From positions 254,232 through 318,231 of the forward strand of contig MU008211.1 of NCBI GenBank assembly GCA_010909165.1: 64,000 nt of DNA. Reading direction: 5' to 3'. Under the pieces are notes generated by a model. That model did not search any database, was not told the DNA's origin, and worked only from the letters and a program-made list of their open reading frames with translations. Below are positions 34,669 through 46,568 of this stretch, piece by piece (the first letter of the stretch is position 1; each line of letters begins with the position of its first letter). Source of the stretch: Anthoceros angustus. Taxonomy: Eukaryota; Plantae; Anthocerotophyta. Made by a program: the position numbers and the translations under genes.

Positions 34669-36907
34669 TTGACAATGTAAGTCTACGAATTGAGACTAAG
34701 TTCTTTGACATTTGTGGAACATAGTAGACATCCTCTAATTTCATAATTCTGCCTCCCTCACAGGACAAAAGCACAATGCCTCTTCCTTGTACTTGCAAGC
34801 CACTATCATCACCCAGCAACACAAAATTGCCTGATCCACAAGGGTGATAAGAAGAGAAGAGGGATCTTGTATGGCAAATATGGGCTGAAGCTCCACTATC
34901 AATGTACCGACTGAAGGTGTCATTCTTTGAAGTAACGAGGTATACGGCTAAGAGAACTTGTGATTTTTGCTGTGCAATATTAGCTGAAGGTGGCAGTCCT
35001 CTCCTGGGCTCTCCAGCTCTTTTCTTGTGACACTCCTTTTCGTAATGGCCTTCTAATTGGCACCAATGGCAGGCTCCTTTCCTCCTTGGTGCAGAAGATG
35101 AGGGAGATAGTCTTGTGTTGTAAGAAGGACGGCCTCATCCACGTCCCCGTCCTCTCCCTCTGCCACGAACCACAAAGAGTGCTCGACCTTGGGCTGCAGC
35201 ACTTGATGTGCCAGCCAGGCTGCGTGTGGCTTCTTCCTCTATGAGAGCCCCAATTACTTCTGATGTGGTGAAATCCGAACCTTGCCCCTTCTTGGCTGCA
35301 AGTTGTGCTTGTTTTATGACTCCATTATGTGTCATCTTGAAGGTACGATAACTGTCGGGAAGAGAACTCAGCAAAGCTATGGCTGCTTGAGCCTCAGTAA
35401 ATGTCGTCCCACAAGATGACAGTCGAGCCCGTGCTGCCCTAAACTTCTTAATGTGTTCGGAAACAACTTCATTTTCACCCATCTGCATTTGGTAAAATGC
35501 CTTTGTTGCGCAGCTCCTGTCACATGTGCGCAGTAGTCCTATCTAATCCAGATAAGATCACATTTCGTGCTTTCCTATTAGTCTTCTCCCAAGCTGCCAA
35601 ATCTGTTGCTAATGCTGGATTTATCCCTGTTGTCACAGGTTTGGGATAGCTGCCATCAGTGATTGCCCCGAGGTCGTTGTCTTCAAGGATGGATCGCATC
35701 CGCATGGACCAAATGTCGTAATCAGACCCTGAAAATCTGTCTCTTTCTTGGAAGTCAATCTTAATTGTGTTATTGATGGTAGTGGATCCAGCCATATTGT
35801 AAGGTGGTGTGGTTTTTCTTATGTTTTACAGGCTTTTAATGTCTTTTAGAGGAAACCACATCCAACACGGTCCAGTGCCCCTACCTAGTCTGAATCTAAA
35901 CCAGAGATGCTACTTGCTACAGCAAAGTTGGCTAGTGCATCCTCTACACATTGTATATTGGGTAAGCAATCATCTGAGGTGTGTTTGTCTTTCCTTTCTA
36001 TGGGTAAGGTATAGGGATTGCTTGTGTTAGCTCTAGTGAGGTGGTTAATTTTTTGTTCTAATCTAAACAATGATTTATGTAGGTTACAGATTTCAGCTTG
36101 TTTCCTAGTGATCAATTTCACTATATTTGAGGAGGCTAGTTTATGACACTTCTCAAAGTGCTGTAAGAAAGTGAATGTTTGGAATTGTTGGATTTCTAGA
36201 TCTTCTAATTGGGTTTCTATCTCCTGTAGAGAATGATTGGAGAAATGTCTATGTGATGCCGTGGGGTCTCGTACATCCGTGACTGCATAAGCGCCTCTCA
36301 CGAGGCTGTGTCCTAGCAACCTGGCTCGAGATAAAGGCTGGGGAAGAATTTAGTAGATCCCCTGAATTCCTTCTACCGTGCCTAGCCATGCTGCTAGCAT
36401 TTGCCTTGTAAGATATGCATATTAGTTAAAGATCAACAGGGCTCTGATACCATGACAAAGCTAGGTCTATGTTACGGACGACTCAGTTATATATCAATAC
36501 TGATCTTACACCATTGCAATGGAAGATTAAGAAGGAGAAGTTACCTGCTTTCAGAGCTGCTCGTGCTGCAAGTCAACGGCTTTCTTTCATGGGGATGAAT
36601 TTGTGGTGTTTAGCCCTCGTTCATGCATTTCATTAACATTATTGATTGATTGAAGATTATTTGTCTTGTTTGAATTTTACCTTTGCATTCGTCTAGACCA
36701 TTTTACCGCAATCTATGCATATGCGGAAGCGTGGAGAATTGAACAAAAGCATCGAAAACTGAAGAAGGAACAATGTACAAGTAGAACAAAGTAAGTAGTT
36801 ATAAAAACTGAATCTAAGATGTCTATTCAAATCACAGTGATCTAAATAATATATAAGTATTATTCAAACGTGCCCTAATCAGGGCTCTAATAGCCATAAC
36901 CTCAACA
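34669..36907 (-). mobile_element. Ty1/copia element C, 5' part (LTR-PBS-ORF0-gag-PR); continues at 22465-22134 and 8386-8132
   Basis: LTR 36453-36907; PBS TGGTATCAGAGC 36441-36452; gag 35795-35135 (DFQERDRFSGSDYDIWSMRM, LLSSLPDSY); protease WV(M)DSG at ~34810; KNLVSIRRL reads across the copia D insertion. Confidence 0.88.
35885..36389 (-). CDS. Extra ORF (ORF0) upstream of gag in copia C (one frameshift)
   Basis: ATG at 36389 gives MARHGRRNS..., shifting into ORF 36319-35885 with heptads ICNLHKSLFRLEQKINHL and PNIQCVEDAL. Confidence 0.55.
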
Positions 36908-37340
36908 GTAGTGAGCACGATCACACCACCCTGAAGAAGAGTGGAGACGGTTTTGTTTTTTATCGCGTGCCTCCTGGCTTAGGCTAAATGGGTACTGTTA
37001 CGCATCCTGCGCTTACATCGGTACTTAGATGGGGGTCCAAGTTTGGTCCATGGTACCATGTCCCACCACGAAAATTCCGTCCAAGTGGAATTTTTCTTTC
37101 CTAGAATTCTTCATTCCCAAAGTTGGTCTGGAAAAAGCGAGATTCATTCGATTCCGATCATGTCTCTTATGATGAGAGGTGGATCGGTAAATCAGTATTA
37201 GCCATTCATATCCATAGTCTCAGATTGGGAGCGGATGGAGTTAATCAAGCACAATCACCTGCAAGGAAAAAAGCAATATCCTCGGGGCTCGAGTGTGTAG
37301 CTACGTACAAAGTCGAGCACTCGCTGGTCCTTCACTGTTC

Positions 37341-39994
37341 TCACGGTCGACCCTTGCAACTGCAACACCCATTTGCGAATCGATGCACACGGTACCCATC
37401 CCTTACAACAATGTCTCTCTGTTCAAGCCTCGACATGATCTCCGTGGAACTGTGGCAGTCACTGCACATGCGTAGATTCTTCGTTACCACCAGAGGTGTC
37501 CCACTCGGAGTGTTCAACAGACCAAACGCCAGAGCTAGCTTCTCAGCATGCCCACAAAGCACATCTTCCTTTTCCTTCTCAGACAGTGGCTTCAGCACCA
37601 ACTTTGTGTGAGGTACGTGGCCTCCTTCCTGCTTCACACGTGCATTCGTGCTCTCTACCTTAAGCGCAATATCCTCTCTCCTTTCTCCCACCAGAAATCT
37701 GTGTACCTGCTTATTCACCTCAATGGTCGCCACAGCAGGTTTCTTGTTAGCTCCTGCTGCCCTTCTACGTGTTTCAATCCTGTCTACATCGGTCCACCTT
37801 CCTGCATCTGCGTAGGCACTGGCCATGAGCACATATGCGGGAGCATCCTGCGGGTCCAGCCTAACAATGCTTTCAAAACACCACATCGCTCTCTCCAAAT
37901 CCCCGTGAGTTTTGCAAGCATTCAACAAACACCTCAAGCCCACAACATTATTTTGGCCCTCACATGAAAGTAGCATCTTCTCTGCCTCATCTAGATGGCC
38001 AGCACGCCCAAGAAGATCAATCATGCAGGTGTAATGCTCAATAGTAGGTTTGATGCCATGCTCTTCAGCCATGGAATCAAAGTGCCTGCGACCCTCCTGT
38101 ACAAGTCCCTCATGACTGCATGCTACTAAAAGGCAAGTAGAAGTAGCATGGTTTGGCTGAATACCGGCAACTAACATCTCCTCAAAACAAGCTAGCGCCT
38201 TGTGGCCATCATCACAAGAACCATACCCAGATATCAGGGCATTCCATGTCACCACATCCTTTGTTCATGCTGTCAAAACCTGGCGTGCATCTTCCAGTTC
38301 ACCACATTTTGCATACATGTCCACTAGGCAGGTGCCCACTACATTATCCAGCAGTCCTCTTTCCACAATCTGAGTGCAGCTGCCTGCCCTTCTGTAAGGC
38401 ACCAGTGCTTGCACAGGCCTTCAGAAGGCAAGCAAAAGTAACATGGTCAGCCAAAATGAGGCCTCTGCTCCATTTGTCCATACAGACAAGCGCCTCTTGG
38501 CGAGTCCTTGCTGTGCATACCCAGCAATCAGGGCATTCCATGTCACCACATCCTTTGTTCATGCTGTCAAAACCTGGCGTGCATCTTCCAGTTCACCACA
38601 TTTTGCATACATGTCCACCAGGCAGTTGCCCACCACGTTATCCAGCAGTCCTCTTTCAACAATCTGTGAGTGCAGCTGCCTGCCCTTCTGTAAGGCACCA
38701 GTGCTTGCACAGGCCTTCAGAAGGCAAGCAAAAGTAACATGGTTAGCCAAAATGAGGCCCTCCTGCTCCATTTGTCCATACAACAAGCGCCTCATGTCCA
38801 GCCCTTGCTGCATACCCAGCAATCAGGGCATTCCATGTCACCACATTCTTTGTGTTCATGCTGTCAAAACCTGGCGTGCATCTTTCAGTTCACCACATTT
38901 TGCATACCCAGATATCAGGGCATTCCATGTCACCACATCCTTTGTGGCCATGCTGTCAAAACCTGGCGTGCATCTTTCAGTTCCACATTTTGCATACATG
39001 TCCACCAGGCAGTTGCCAACAAACAAGTTAGTTGGAATGCCACTGTGCAACACATCACAGTGCACTTTTCTGCCAGATTCCAAGTCAGCAAATGCACAAG
39101 CTTGAAGGGCAGCTACAAAGACGTGAGCATCCGCCTTCACTCCTGACCTACGCATCTCATGGTACAGTTGTATGGCCTCATTAGGTTTCCCATGCTTAGC
39201 ATGTGCAGATTATGGAAGACCACATGAAGGCATCTGGTTTGCCCACCCTGGTGAACACATCCATGGCCTCCTCTAGCCTACCTCCACATGCATACATGCG
39301 CAAGATATGGTTCCCCAAGTATGCATTCGACTCGTACCCAAGTTTGACAGTGAGATCATGAACTCGTCGCCCCACAACCAAATCCTTCTTAGCTGTACAC
39401 AGTTTAGCACAGTGTAAACAGAGACTGAGAATAGCAGAGTCTGTCTGCGCCAGAGATTCCAGGGCTCCAACGGCCTCAGAAAGCTTCCCTGCTGACATAA
39501 CGTGCTCACGGTTCCAGCCGTTACGACGCCCATTTCCGATCCTGCACGCCTGAGGTTCAGGCTTATCCGGAGCTCGACTTGGAAGGAGAGGCACCATGAC
39601 CCATCTGCATATCCAACAAGCTGCTCATCAACCCAAGCTGGCTTAAACATGTTGTTTAACCACAGGACCTCGCCGGACCCTTACGCCGGAAGTCCGGCGA
39701 ACGGGAGCTCTTTTCCTCTCGTCTGTTGTCCCACCACATTGCAGGCTCCAGAAAGAATTGTTGCCACAAGTGCTCCTGCTCCTGGCGACGACCATCCTTG
39801 GAAACCTTGTCGCGACCCACAAGTTTTATGGGAGATGGAAGTACTTGGCACCTTACACTGCTGCACCTGGAGGCTTGGTTATTTGCCAGGGATTGACTTC
39901 CTGGGGTGAGGTGAGCGGGAGCTACCCGTAGAATCCCTGGAGACACACCAATTTGTTGGGTCCACGACTTGTCCGGTTGCCATATTGTGGCCAT
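37341..39994 (-). CDS. PLS-class PPR protein with N-terminal OSB/PDF motif and C-terminal E-DYW:KP (GRP) domain, copy 1 (frameshifted in this assembly)
   Basis: PDF motif LWQQFFLEPAMWWDNR..PDFRRK..LWLNNMFKPAWVDEQL; P/L/S repeats VVTWNALI, HVTFACLLKAC, VGNCLVDMYAKCG; KKPAVATIEV, GHAEKLA, KNLRMCSDCH, CSCKGRP-stop. Confidence 0.9.
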
Positions 39995-40469
39995 CGTTCA
40001 GGGACAGTTGTCCCAAGATGAGGCTACGTACATAACAACTGACTATGTACGCGGGATGCCCAGGTACATACTGTGCATGATCACACCACCCCTGAAGTGT
40101 GATGCACACGCTTTCTTCACTGGGTACCTAGAGACGAAGAAGACTAGGTACCTACAAGGAGAAGGTTTCTGATTTATGGGTTCGAGGTTTCAGACAGAAA
40201 CTGATGTGTTAAGGTAGCATGCTCCGTTTACGCTCTAAATTGTATAGGTACGCAGTTTAAGACATATTCATTCCAGAAAGAGAGGGAGAGATTATTCGAT
40301 TTTCATTGTTCCTGTTACGATAAAACGTGGATGAGTATTACCCATCCATGTGCTAATCACGGTGTGGACAGGGATAGAGCTAAGCAAGCAAGCACATTTG
40401 TCTCCAAGAAGAAAAGCAGTAGTGTTCTCTGGCGTCCACACATGAGCACTGGCTAGTTGTTTTTTGTTC

Positions 40470-42975
40470 TTAGGGTCGTCCCTTACAACTACAACAACCA
40501 GCTGCGAATCGATGAACACGGTACCCATCCCTTACAACAATGTCTCTCTGTTCAAGCCTTGACAAGATCTCCGTGGAACTGTGGCAGTCACTGCACATGC
40601 ATAGATTCTTCGTTACCACCAGAGGTGTCCCACTCGGAGTGTTCAACAGACCAAACGCCAGAGCTAGCTTCTCAGCATGCCCGCAAAGCACATCTTCCTT
40701 TTCCTTCTCGCACAGTGGCTTCAACACCAACTTTGTGTGAGGTACGTGGCCTCCTTCCTGCTTCAGACGTGCATTCGTGCTCTGTACCTTTAGCGCAATA
40801 TCATCTTTTCTATCTCCCACTGCAAATGTATGTACCTGCTTCTTCACCTCAATGGTCGCCACTGCACGTTTCTTGTTAGCTCCTGCTACCCTTCTCTGTG
40901 TTTCAATCCTGTCTACATCGGTCCACCTACTTGCATCGGCGTAGGCATCGGCCATGATCACATATGCGGACGGCCGCTGAGGGTCCAGCCCAACACTGCT
41001 TTCAAAACACCACATCGCCCTCTCTAAATCCCAGTGACTTTTGCACGCATTCAACAAAGACGTCAAGCCCACAACATTACTTTGGCTGTCGCATGATAAA
41101 AGCATGTTCTCTGCCTCATCTAGATGGCCAGCACGCCCAATCAAAGTGCTTGCGACCCTCAGACGCCAGTCCCTCATGACTGCATGCAACTAGAAGGCAA
41201 GTAAAAGTTGCATCGTTAGGTTGAATACCGGCAACTAGCATCTCCTCAAAACACGCTCGTGCCTTGTGACCTTCATCACATACACCGTATCCAGATATCA
41301 GATCATTCCATGTCACCACATCCTTTACGGCCAAGCTGTCAAAAACCTGGCGCGCAGCCTCCAGTTCACCACATTTTGCATACATGTCCACCAGTCAGTT
41401 GCCCAACACTACGTTATCAAGCAATCCCATTTTGACAATCTGTGCGTGCAGCTGCCTGCCCTTCTGTATGGCACCAGTGCTCGCACAGGCGTCCAGAAGG
41501 CAAGCAAAAGTAACATGGTTAGCTACAATCAGGCCCTCCTCCTCCATATGTCCATACACAACAAGCCTCTCATGCCCGAGCCCTTGCTGCGCATACGCGG
41601 CGATCAGCGCCGTCCATGTCACCACATTCTTGTGGCCATGCTGTCAAAAACTCGGCGTGCATCTTTCAGTTCACCACATTTTGCATACATGTCCACCAGG
41701 CAGGTGCCCACCAGCGTATCATCCAGCAGTACTCTTTCAACAACCTGTGAGTGCAGCTGCCTGCCATCCTGTAGGGCACCAGTGCTTCCACACGACTTCA
41801 GAATGCAAGCAAAAGTAACATGGTCAGCCAAAACGAAGCCCTCTTTCTCCATCTGTCCATACAGAGCAAGCGCCTCCTGGCCGAGTCCTTGCTGTGCATA
41901 CCCAGATATCAGGGCATTCCATGTCACCACATCCTTTGTGGTCATGCTGTCAAAAACCTGGCGTGCATCATTCAGTTCCCCACATTTTGCATATATGTCC
42001 ACAAGGCAGTTGCCAACAAACAAGTTGGTAGGAATGCCACTGCCCAACACATCACAGTGCACTTTTTTGCCAGATTCCAAGTTGGCAGCAAATGCACAAG
42101 CTTGGAGTGCAGCTATAAAGACGTGAGCATCCGCCTCCACTCCTGACCTACGCATCTCGTGGTACAGTTGTACGGCCTCATCAGGTTTCCCTTGTTTAGC
42201 ATGCGCAGAGATAATGGAGGACCACATGAAAACAACTGGTTTGCCTACCCTCGTGAAACCATTCATGGCCCCCTCTAGCCTACCTCCACATGCATACATG
42301 CGCAAGATACGATTCCCCAAGTATACATTCGACTCGTGCTCAAGTTTGACAGTGAGGTCATGAAGTCGTCGACCCAAAACCAAATCCTTCTTAGCTGTAC
42401 ACAGTTTCAGCACTGTGTAGAAGAGAGACTAAGAAATGGCAGAGTCTGTCTGTGCCAGACATTCCAAGGCTCCAACGGCCTCGGAAAGCTTCCCCTGCTG
42501 ACATAACATGTTCACGGTTCCAGCCGTTACAACGCCCATTTCCGAGCCTTCACGCCTGCCAGGTTCAGGCTTATCCGGAAAACTTGACTTGGAAGGAGAG
42601 GGAGCATGGTCCGTCTGCATATCCAAGGCAACGAGCTGCTCATCAACCCAAGCTGGCTTAAACATGTTGTTTAACCACAGTCGCCGGACCCCTTACGACG
42701 GAAGTCGGGCGACAGGGAGCTCTTCTTGTCGCGTCTGTTGTCCCACCACATGGTGGAATCCAGAAAAAATTGTTGCCACAAGTGCTCCTGCTCCTGGCAA
42801 CGACCATCGCTAGAAAACCCGTCCCCACCCACAAATTTTCCCGACAGTGAAAGTGCTGGGTTCCTTACACTGCTGCACCTGGAACCCATTTCCGACTCTT
42901 CACGCCTCCCAGGTTTGGAAGGAGAGGCACTATGACCCATCTGCATGTGCAACGAAAACAGCTGCTCATCAATGG
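40470..42975 (-). pseudogene. PDF-PLS-PPR-DYW:KP (GRP) copy 2, tandem paralogue with an internal deletion just before the E region
   Basis: Same architecture as copy 1, with KKRAVATIEV, GHAEKLA, KNLCMCSDCH and CSCKGRP. At ~41140 it lacks the SMAEEHGIKPTIEHYTCMIDLL segment present in copy 1. Confidence 0.85.
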
Positions 42976-42976
42976 C

Positions 42977-43125
42977 GATGGCGGGTTAGAGTGATTGCGA
43001 GAGGATGTAGGAGAGAGTGATGGTGGGTTGGAGTGATTGCGGGAGGATGTAGGAGGGAGCGATGGCGGGTTGGACTTATTGCGGGAGGATGTAGGAGGGA
43101 GCTATGACAGGTTGGACTGGAGGAG
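42977..43125. repeat. ~42-bp tandem repeat upstream of PPR copy 2
   Basis: GATGGCGGGTTGGAGTGATTGCGGGAGGATGTAGGAGGGAGC-like unit, about 3.5 copies. Confidence 0.75.
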
Positions 43126-43199
43126 GATGGAATGGAGACACTTTAAGTAGAAAGAAAAACGATGGAAAAAACACCATCTACACTAAAAAAACGGGTCAA

Positions 43200-44450
43200 C
43201 CCAACAAAGGTCACCATACCAAGGGGGACTAACTCTCGCAATCGTTTTTTTCAAAACTACCTACTGCCCTTAGACTCTCGTGATCGGGGATAAGAAAGGG
43301 CCTACCTACCATCGCCGTCAAAGAAGCCGCCTCCCCTGCGCTAGTCGCCGTCCTGTACATCACGTTCGCCAACGCCCTCTGCAGGGCGATGGACACCCGT
43401 TGCTTGAAGAAAGACACAATACAAGAAAGGGGGAGACCAACCCTATTCCAGTAATCGTGGTAAGCTTTAGTACATGCCTTGAAGGACTTCGAAAAGTCTT
43501 GACCTATGACCCCGTGAGTCTCGATGGCGAGGGGGATAAAAGTGTGGTTGTTGTGCATAGGAGAGTACTTGTGGACCTTGGCCGTCGCGCAGCCTTCCAC
43601 CGCCCAACCCGGGGGGTTGAGGATAATGTCCTCATAGACACTTGTCCCTGGTGGGGTCCATTACAATCACATCAACGAAAATGGTCCCCTCGGGTCAAGA
43701 AAAGGTCAGCCCTGAGAGACATACCATTGAGCAAGATGTAGGGATGCTCCCTATAGGGAGAAAAGCCACCCTCCTTGGCCACCGAGAACATGATGTCCCG
43801 GATGGCATCATGCGTAGCAATGCGCTGCCCGCCAGCGGGACAGCAGGCTAGATAGGTCCCAGGGTCATCAAGGGAAGCCCCACAACTGCAAGCAAAGAGA
43901 GAATAGGCCAAAGGTTGGACTAGACCCAAGCGAAAACCCAACGCAGTAGAAATGGTTGCTGGTGCGATGTGGAATGCCTGGATACTGGGACAAGCCAAAA
44001 GCCAGGAGCATGCTCTCTTCCCCGAGCAAGAGCAAAGCTAGGTGGGCCTTAGAATGGAGGAATCCCAAAGAAGGCCTAGCTGATGATGATCCTAGCCTCA
44101 GAGGATAGAGATCCCCTGGCCACCCTTAAGGACGCTTGCAAGGGAAATACCCCCTTCTCAACCCCCGAGACGAACGCCTCCAAAATGAAGGAGTCTCGAA
44201 TTAAGAATTGGGGGCAGAGAGGGCCCAGCTTCCTAAAAAAGCCATTGGCATAGAGACCTAGGTCCGTGGCAAGTAGACCGGTGCCCCCAAATGCCACATG
44301 AAGGGAAGCCTGCTGCTTGGCCAGGTCCCCAGGGGCGCACTCGAAAGTGCCTAGGCCAATGATGGCGCCCAAAGCCTGCAAAATCCGCCTGTCGAAGGCT
44401 CCGAGGCAGGACAAGAAAGACGGGGAAGGAGCAATTGTACATACAAGGTA
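43200..44450 (-). mobile_element. 5'-truncated non-LTR retrotransposon with restriction-like endonuclease (CRE-like)
   Basis: QASLHVAFGGTGL (RT thumb); CSCG..CC..GGQRIATHDAIRD zinc-finger region; RADL; KVHKY; FIPLAIETHG; FKQRVSIALQR. Confidence 0.8.
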
Positions 44451-44947
44451 TGGGTTTAAGATATCGGCTTATTTAAGCAAATCATGATTTTCAAAACTAT
44501 TACGGGGTTTGCAAGGAAACCCTACACACGCAGGTTGCGTTACTTTAATTTGCGTTACGGCATCCCCTTTTCCAAACTTGAAGGCAGCAGTCTGCAAGGC
44601 CACCTAGTTGCTTGTTTGTGCCTGTGATTCCAAGCGCAACTCCATCTTTGTGACTGCCGCAAGCTTGCATTGGAGCGGTGCCAAGTTCCCTTGGAGGCAG
44701 ACGACCTACGGAACATGTGAGTTTCTAATCTTCAGGGCCGTTTGTGCATCCAATTTGTGATTACGGAGTGCCGTTGCCTGGAATTGCAGAGTTTGAAGAT
44801 GGCAAGCGGCAGGAGGAGCACGAAGGACCAGCCGATGGAGGAAGATGACACTGCCCCACTTCGAAGAAGACAAGCGGGCTCGAGGCGAAGCCCGCCCCAG
44901 CGGAACCGGCGAGGCACCACCATCCACGTCGCCGCCTGAAGACACCT

Positions 44948-46568
44948 TGTTGAAGGGGTAACCCTACACTAGTCAACAAATGGGCGAACTAGGGTTATAT
45001 ATTGGGTTAGTTAGTTAATGATACTTAAAAATAATTTTGTTCATTAATTCATCATTTTATCATTTTTTGCCAGTTCTATGCAAAAGGCCTCTCTCTCGGC
45101 TCTCGCCTTCTGCTCTAACATTCACATGGTATCAGAGCTCCAGGCTTGATGTTTTTGTTTCGACCCTAACTATGCCTCGGCGCGGCGGTTTTGTCTGTCA
45201 GGGGCGTGATTCGCGTTTCAACATATGCGAAGACATACAACACACTTCTAGGACAATACCGGCCAGATTGAGCAACGCCTCTCTAGTGGGAGGACATCAC
45301 TTAATAACGTGGTCCCCAAACCGGGGAGGCCTTGGGAACTCCTGCACCAATCATTGCGATTCTCAATTTCGAGAATACAAAGCCCGAGATAAATACTTCA
45401 GGGATCAACTGAAGGACAGGAGGAGAAGGCAAGAAAAAGCTTCCGACTTTTCTGCTTAAACCGCCCCAGACCACGACCCGCGACGATGCGCATCCTCTTC
45501 GGTCGCGACTCTACTCGCACCTCAATTCCTTCTCCGAGCACCGACATCGAAGCCAGCTTGCATCGCTTGGAATCAAGTCTGGGCCACATCCTCTCCACGC
45601 AAGAAGCAATCCAAACAAGATTGGTTGTTCAGAACATGCAAACCCAGGCTTCAATTGATTGCATCTACGACGAGATTGCATACCAGATCAAGAAGATTGT
45701 TGAGCACCTGCAGAAGTTGGACATCTCCATGACCGGGCAGGTCCCAGCTCTCGGCGATCTGCTTCCGCGCTTGAGGCAGCGAGGTCTGACGCCCTGTGAC
45801 GCATTGGGCTCGCCTTGTCTGACATACAACCCGCCTCTTGACCTGCATCACACCCACTGGATGAGGTTAGAAGAGTCGTGTCTTGTCGGGTGAAGCAACT
45901 TCAAACAGTTGGTGTAGTCTCTTGCCAACCGACACATCTCTTCACAACAAGGAAAAATAGACAAAAATTAGCAATGTTGGGGAGAGCCTTGTCGAGCCAC
46001 ACACGATAGACCAGTCAGTTCCACACTGCTTGGCTCACCCTGTGTGCCCGGACATGTCTTTCCCCTGCACTAAATTTTGTCAGTTTTTCCTTCCACAGAC
46101 TACAGAGCACAGCATGCCATACCTGATGCCCTTCTCTAGGTCATAAACTTTTCAGAGGGGATTTCTACGTATGTCAGATAGCTCTTGGTCTTCAGAGGCA
46201 AGTGGTGATACCCATCTTCTTAGTGATTCTAGTGCAGATCACAACGATCTCGAAGATCCCATTGTTGATCTACTTGCACAGCAGCTGCAGGCACTCACTT
46301 TAGCTTCAAAGATGGGCACTAATCCCCCACCACCACCACCTCCGCCTCCACCCCCGGGCTGGACCAAGGTTCCTGCCACACCTTCCCCCACTTTCACCTC
46401 AGAGTTGAAAGAGAAAGATCGATTTAATGGCACCAAATACCCTGTTTGGAGGGTGCGCATGAGATCTACACTTGAGGCTCACGGCATGTGGGGAGTGGTG
46501 GATCAATCTAACCCAGAGCCTGATCCAAACAGCACGCCTCCACCCACTGTCACCCAAGTGGAGCGTTG
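44948..46568 (+). mobile_element. Ty1/copia element F, 5' portion (LTR-PBS-ORF0-gag start), interrupted
   Basis: LTR 44948-45126 (TGTTG..TTCACA); PBS TGGTATCAGAGC 45127-45138; gag from 46171 (poly-Pro, ELKEKDRFNGTKYPVWRVRM). Confidence 0.88.
45172..45893 (+). CDS. Extra ORF (ORF0) upstream of gag in copia F (split into two ORFs)
   Basis: ATG 45172 gives MPRRGG...; the second part (45486-45893) has heptads IEASLHRLESSL / IAYQIKKIVEHLQKL, then PALGDLL. Confidence 0.6.

Noticed and set aside
37548-42146. Long plus-strand ORFs over the PPR genes (e.g. 38443-39105, 41266-42126)
   Set aside because: They are antisense shadows of the repetitive PPR coding sequence.
44742-44939. Short ORF start MASGRRSTKDQPMEEDD as a host gene
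   Set aside because: It is cut by the copia F LTR and has no identifiable motif, so it cannot be assigned.
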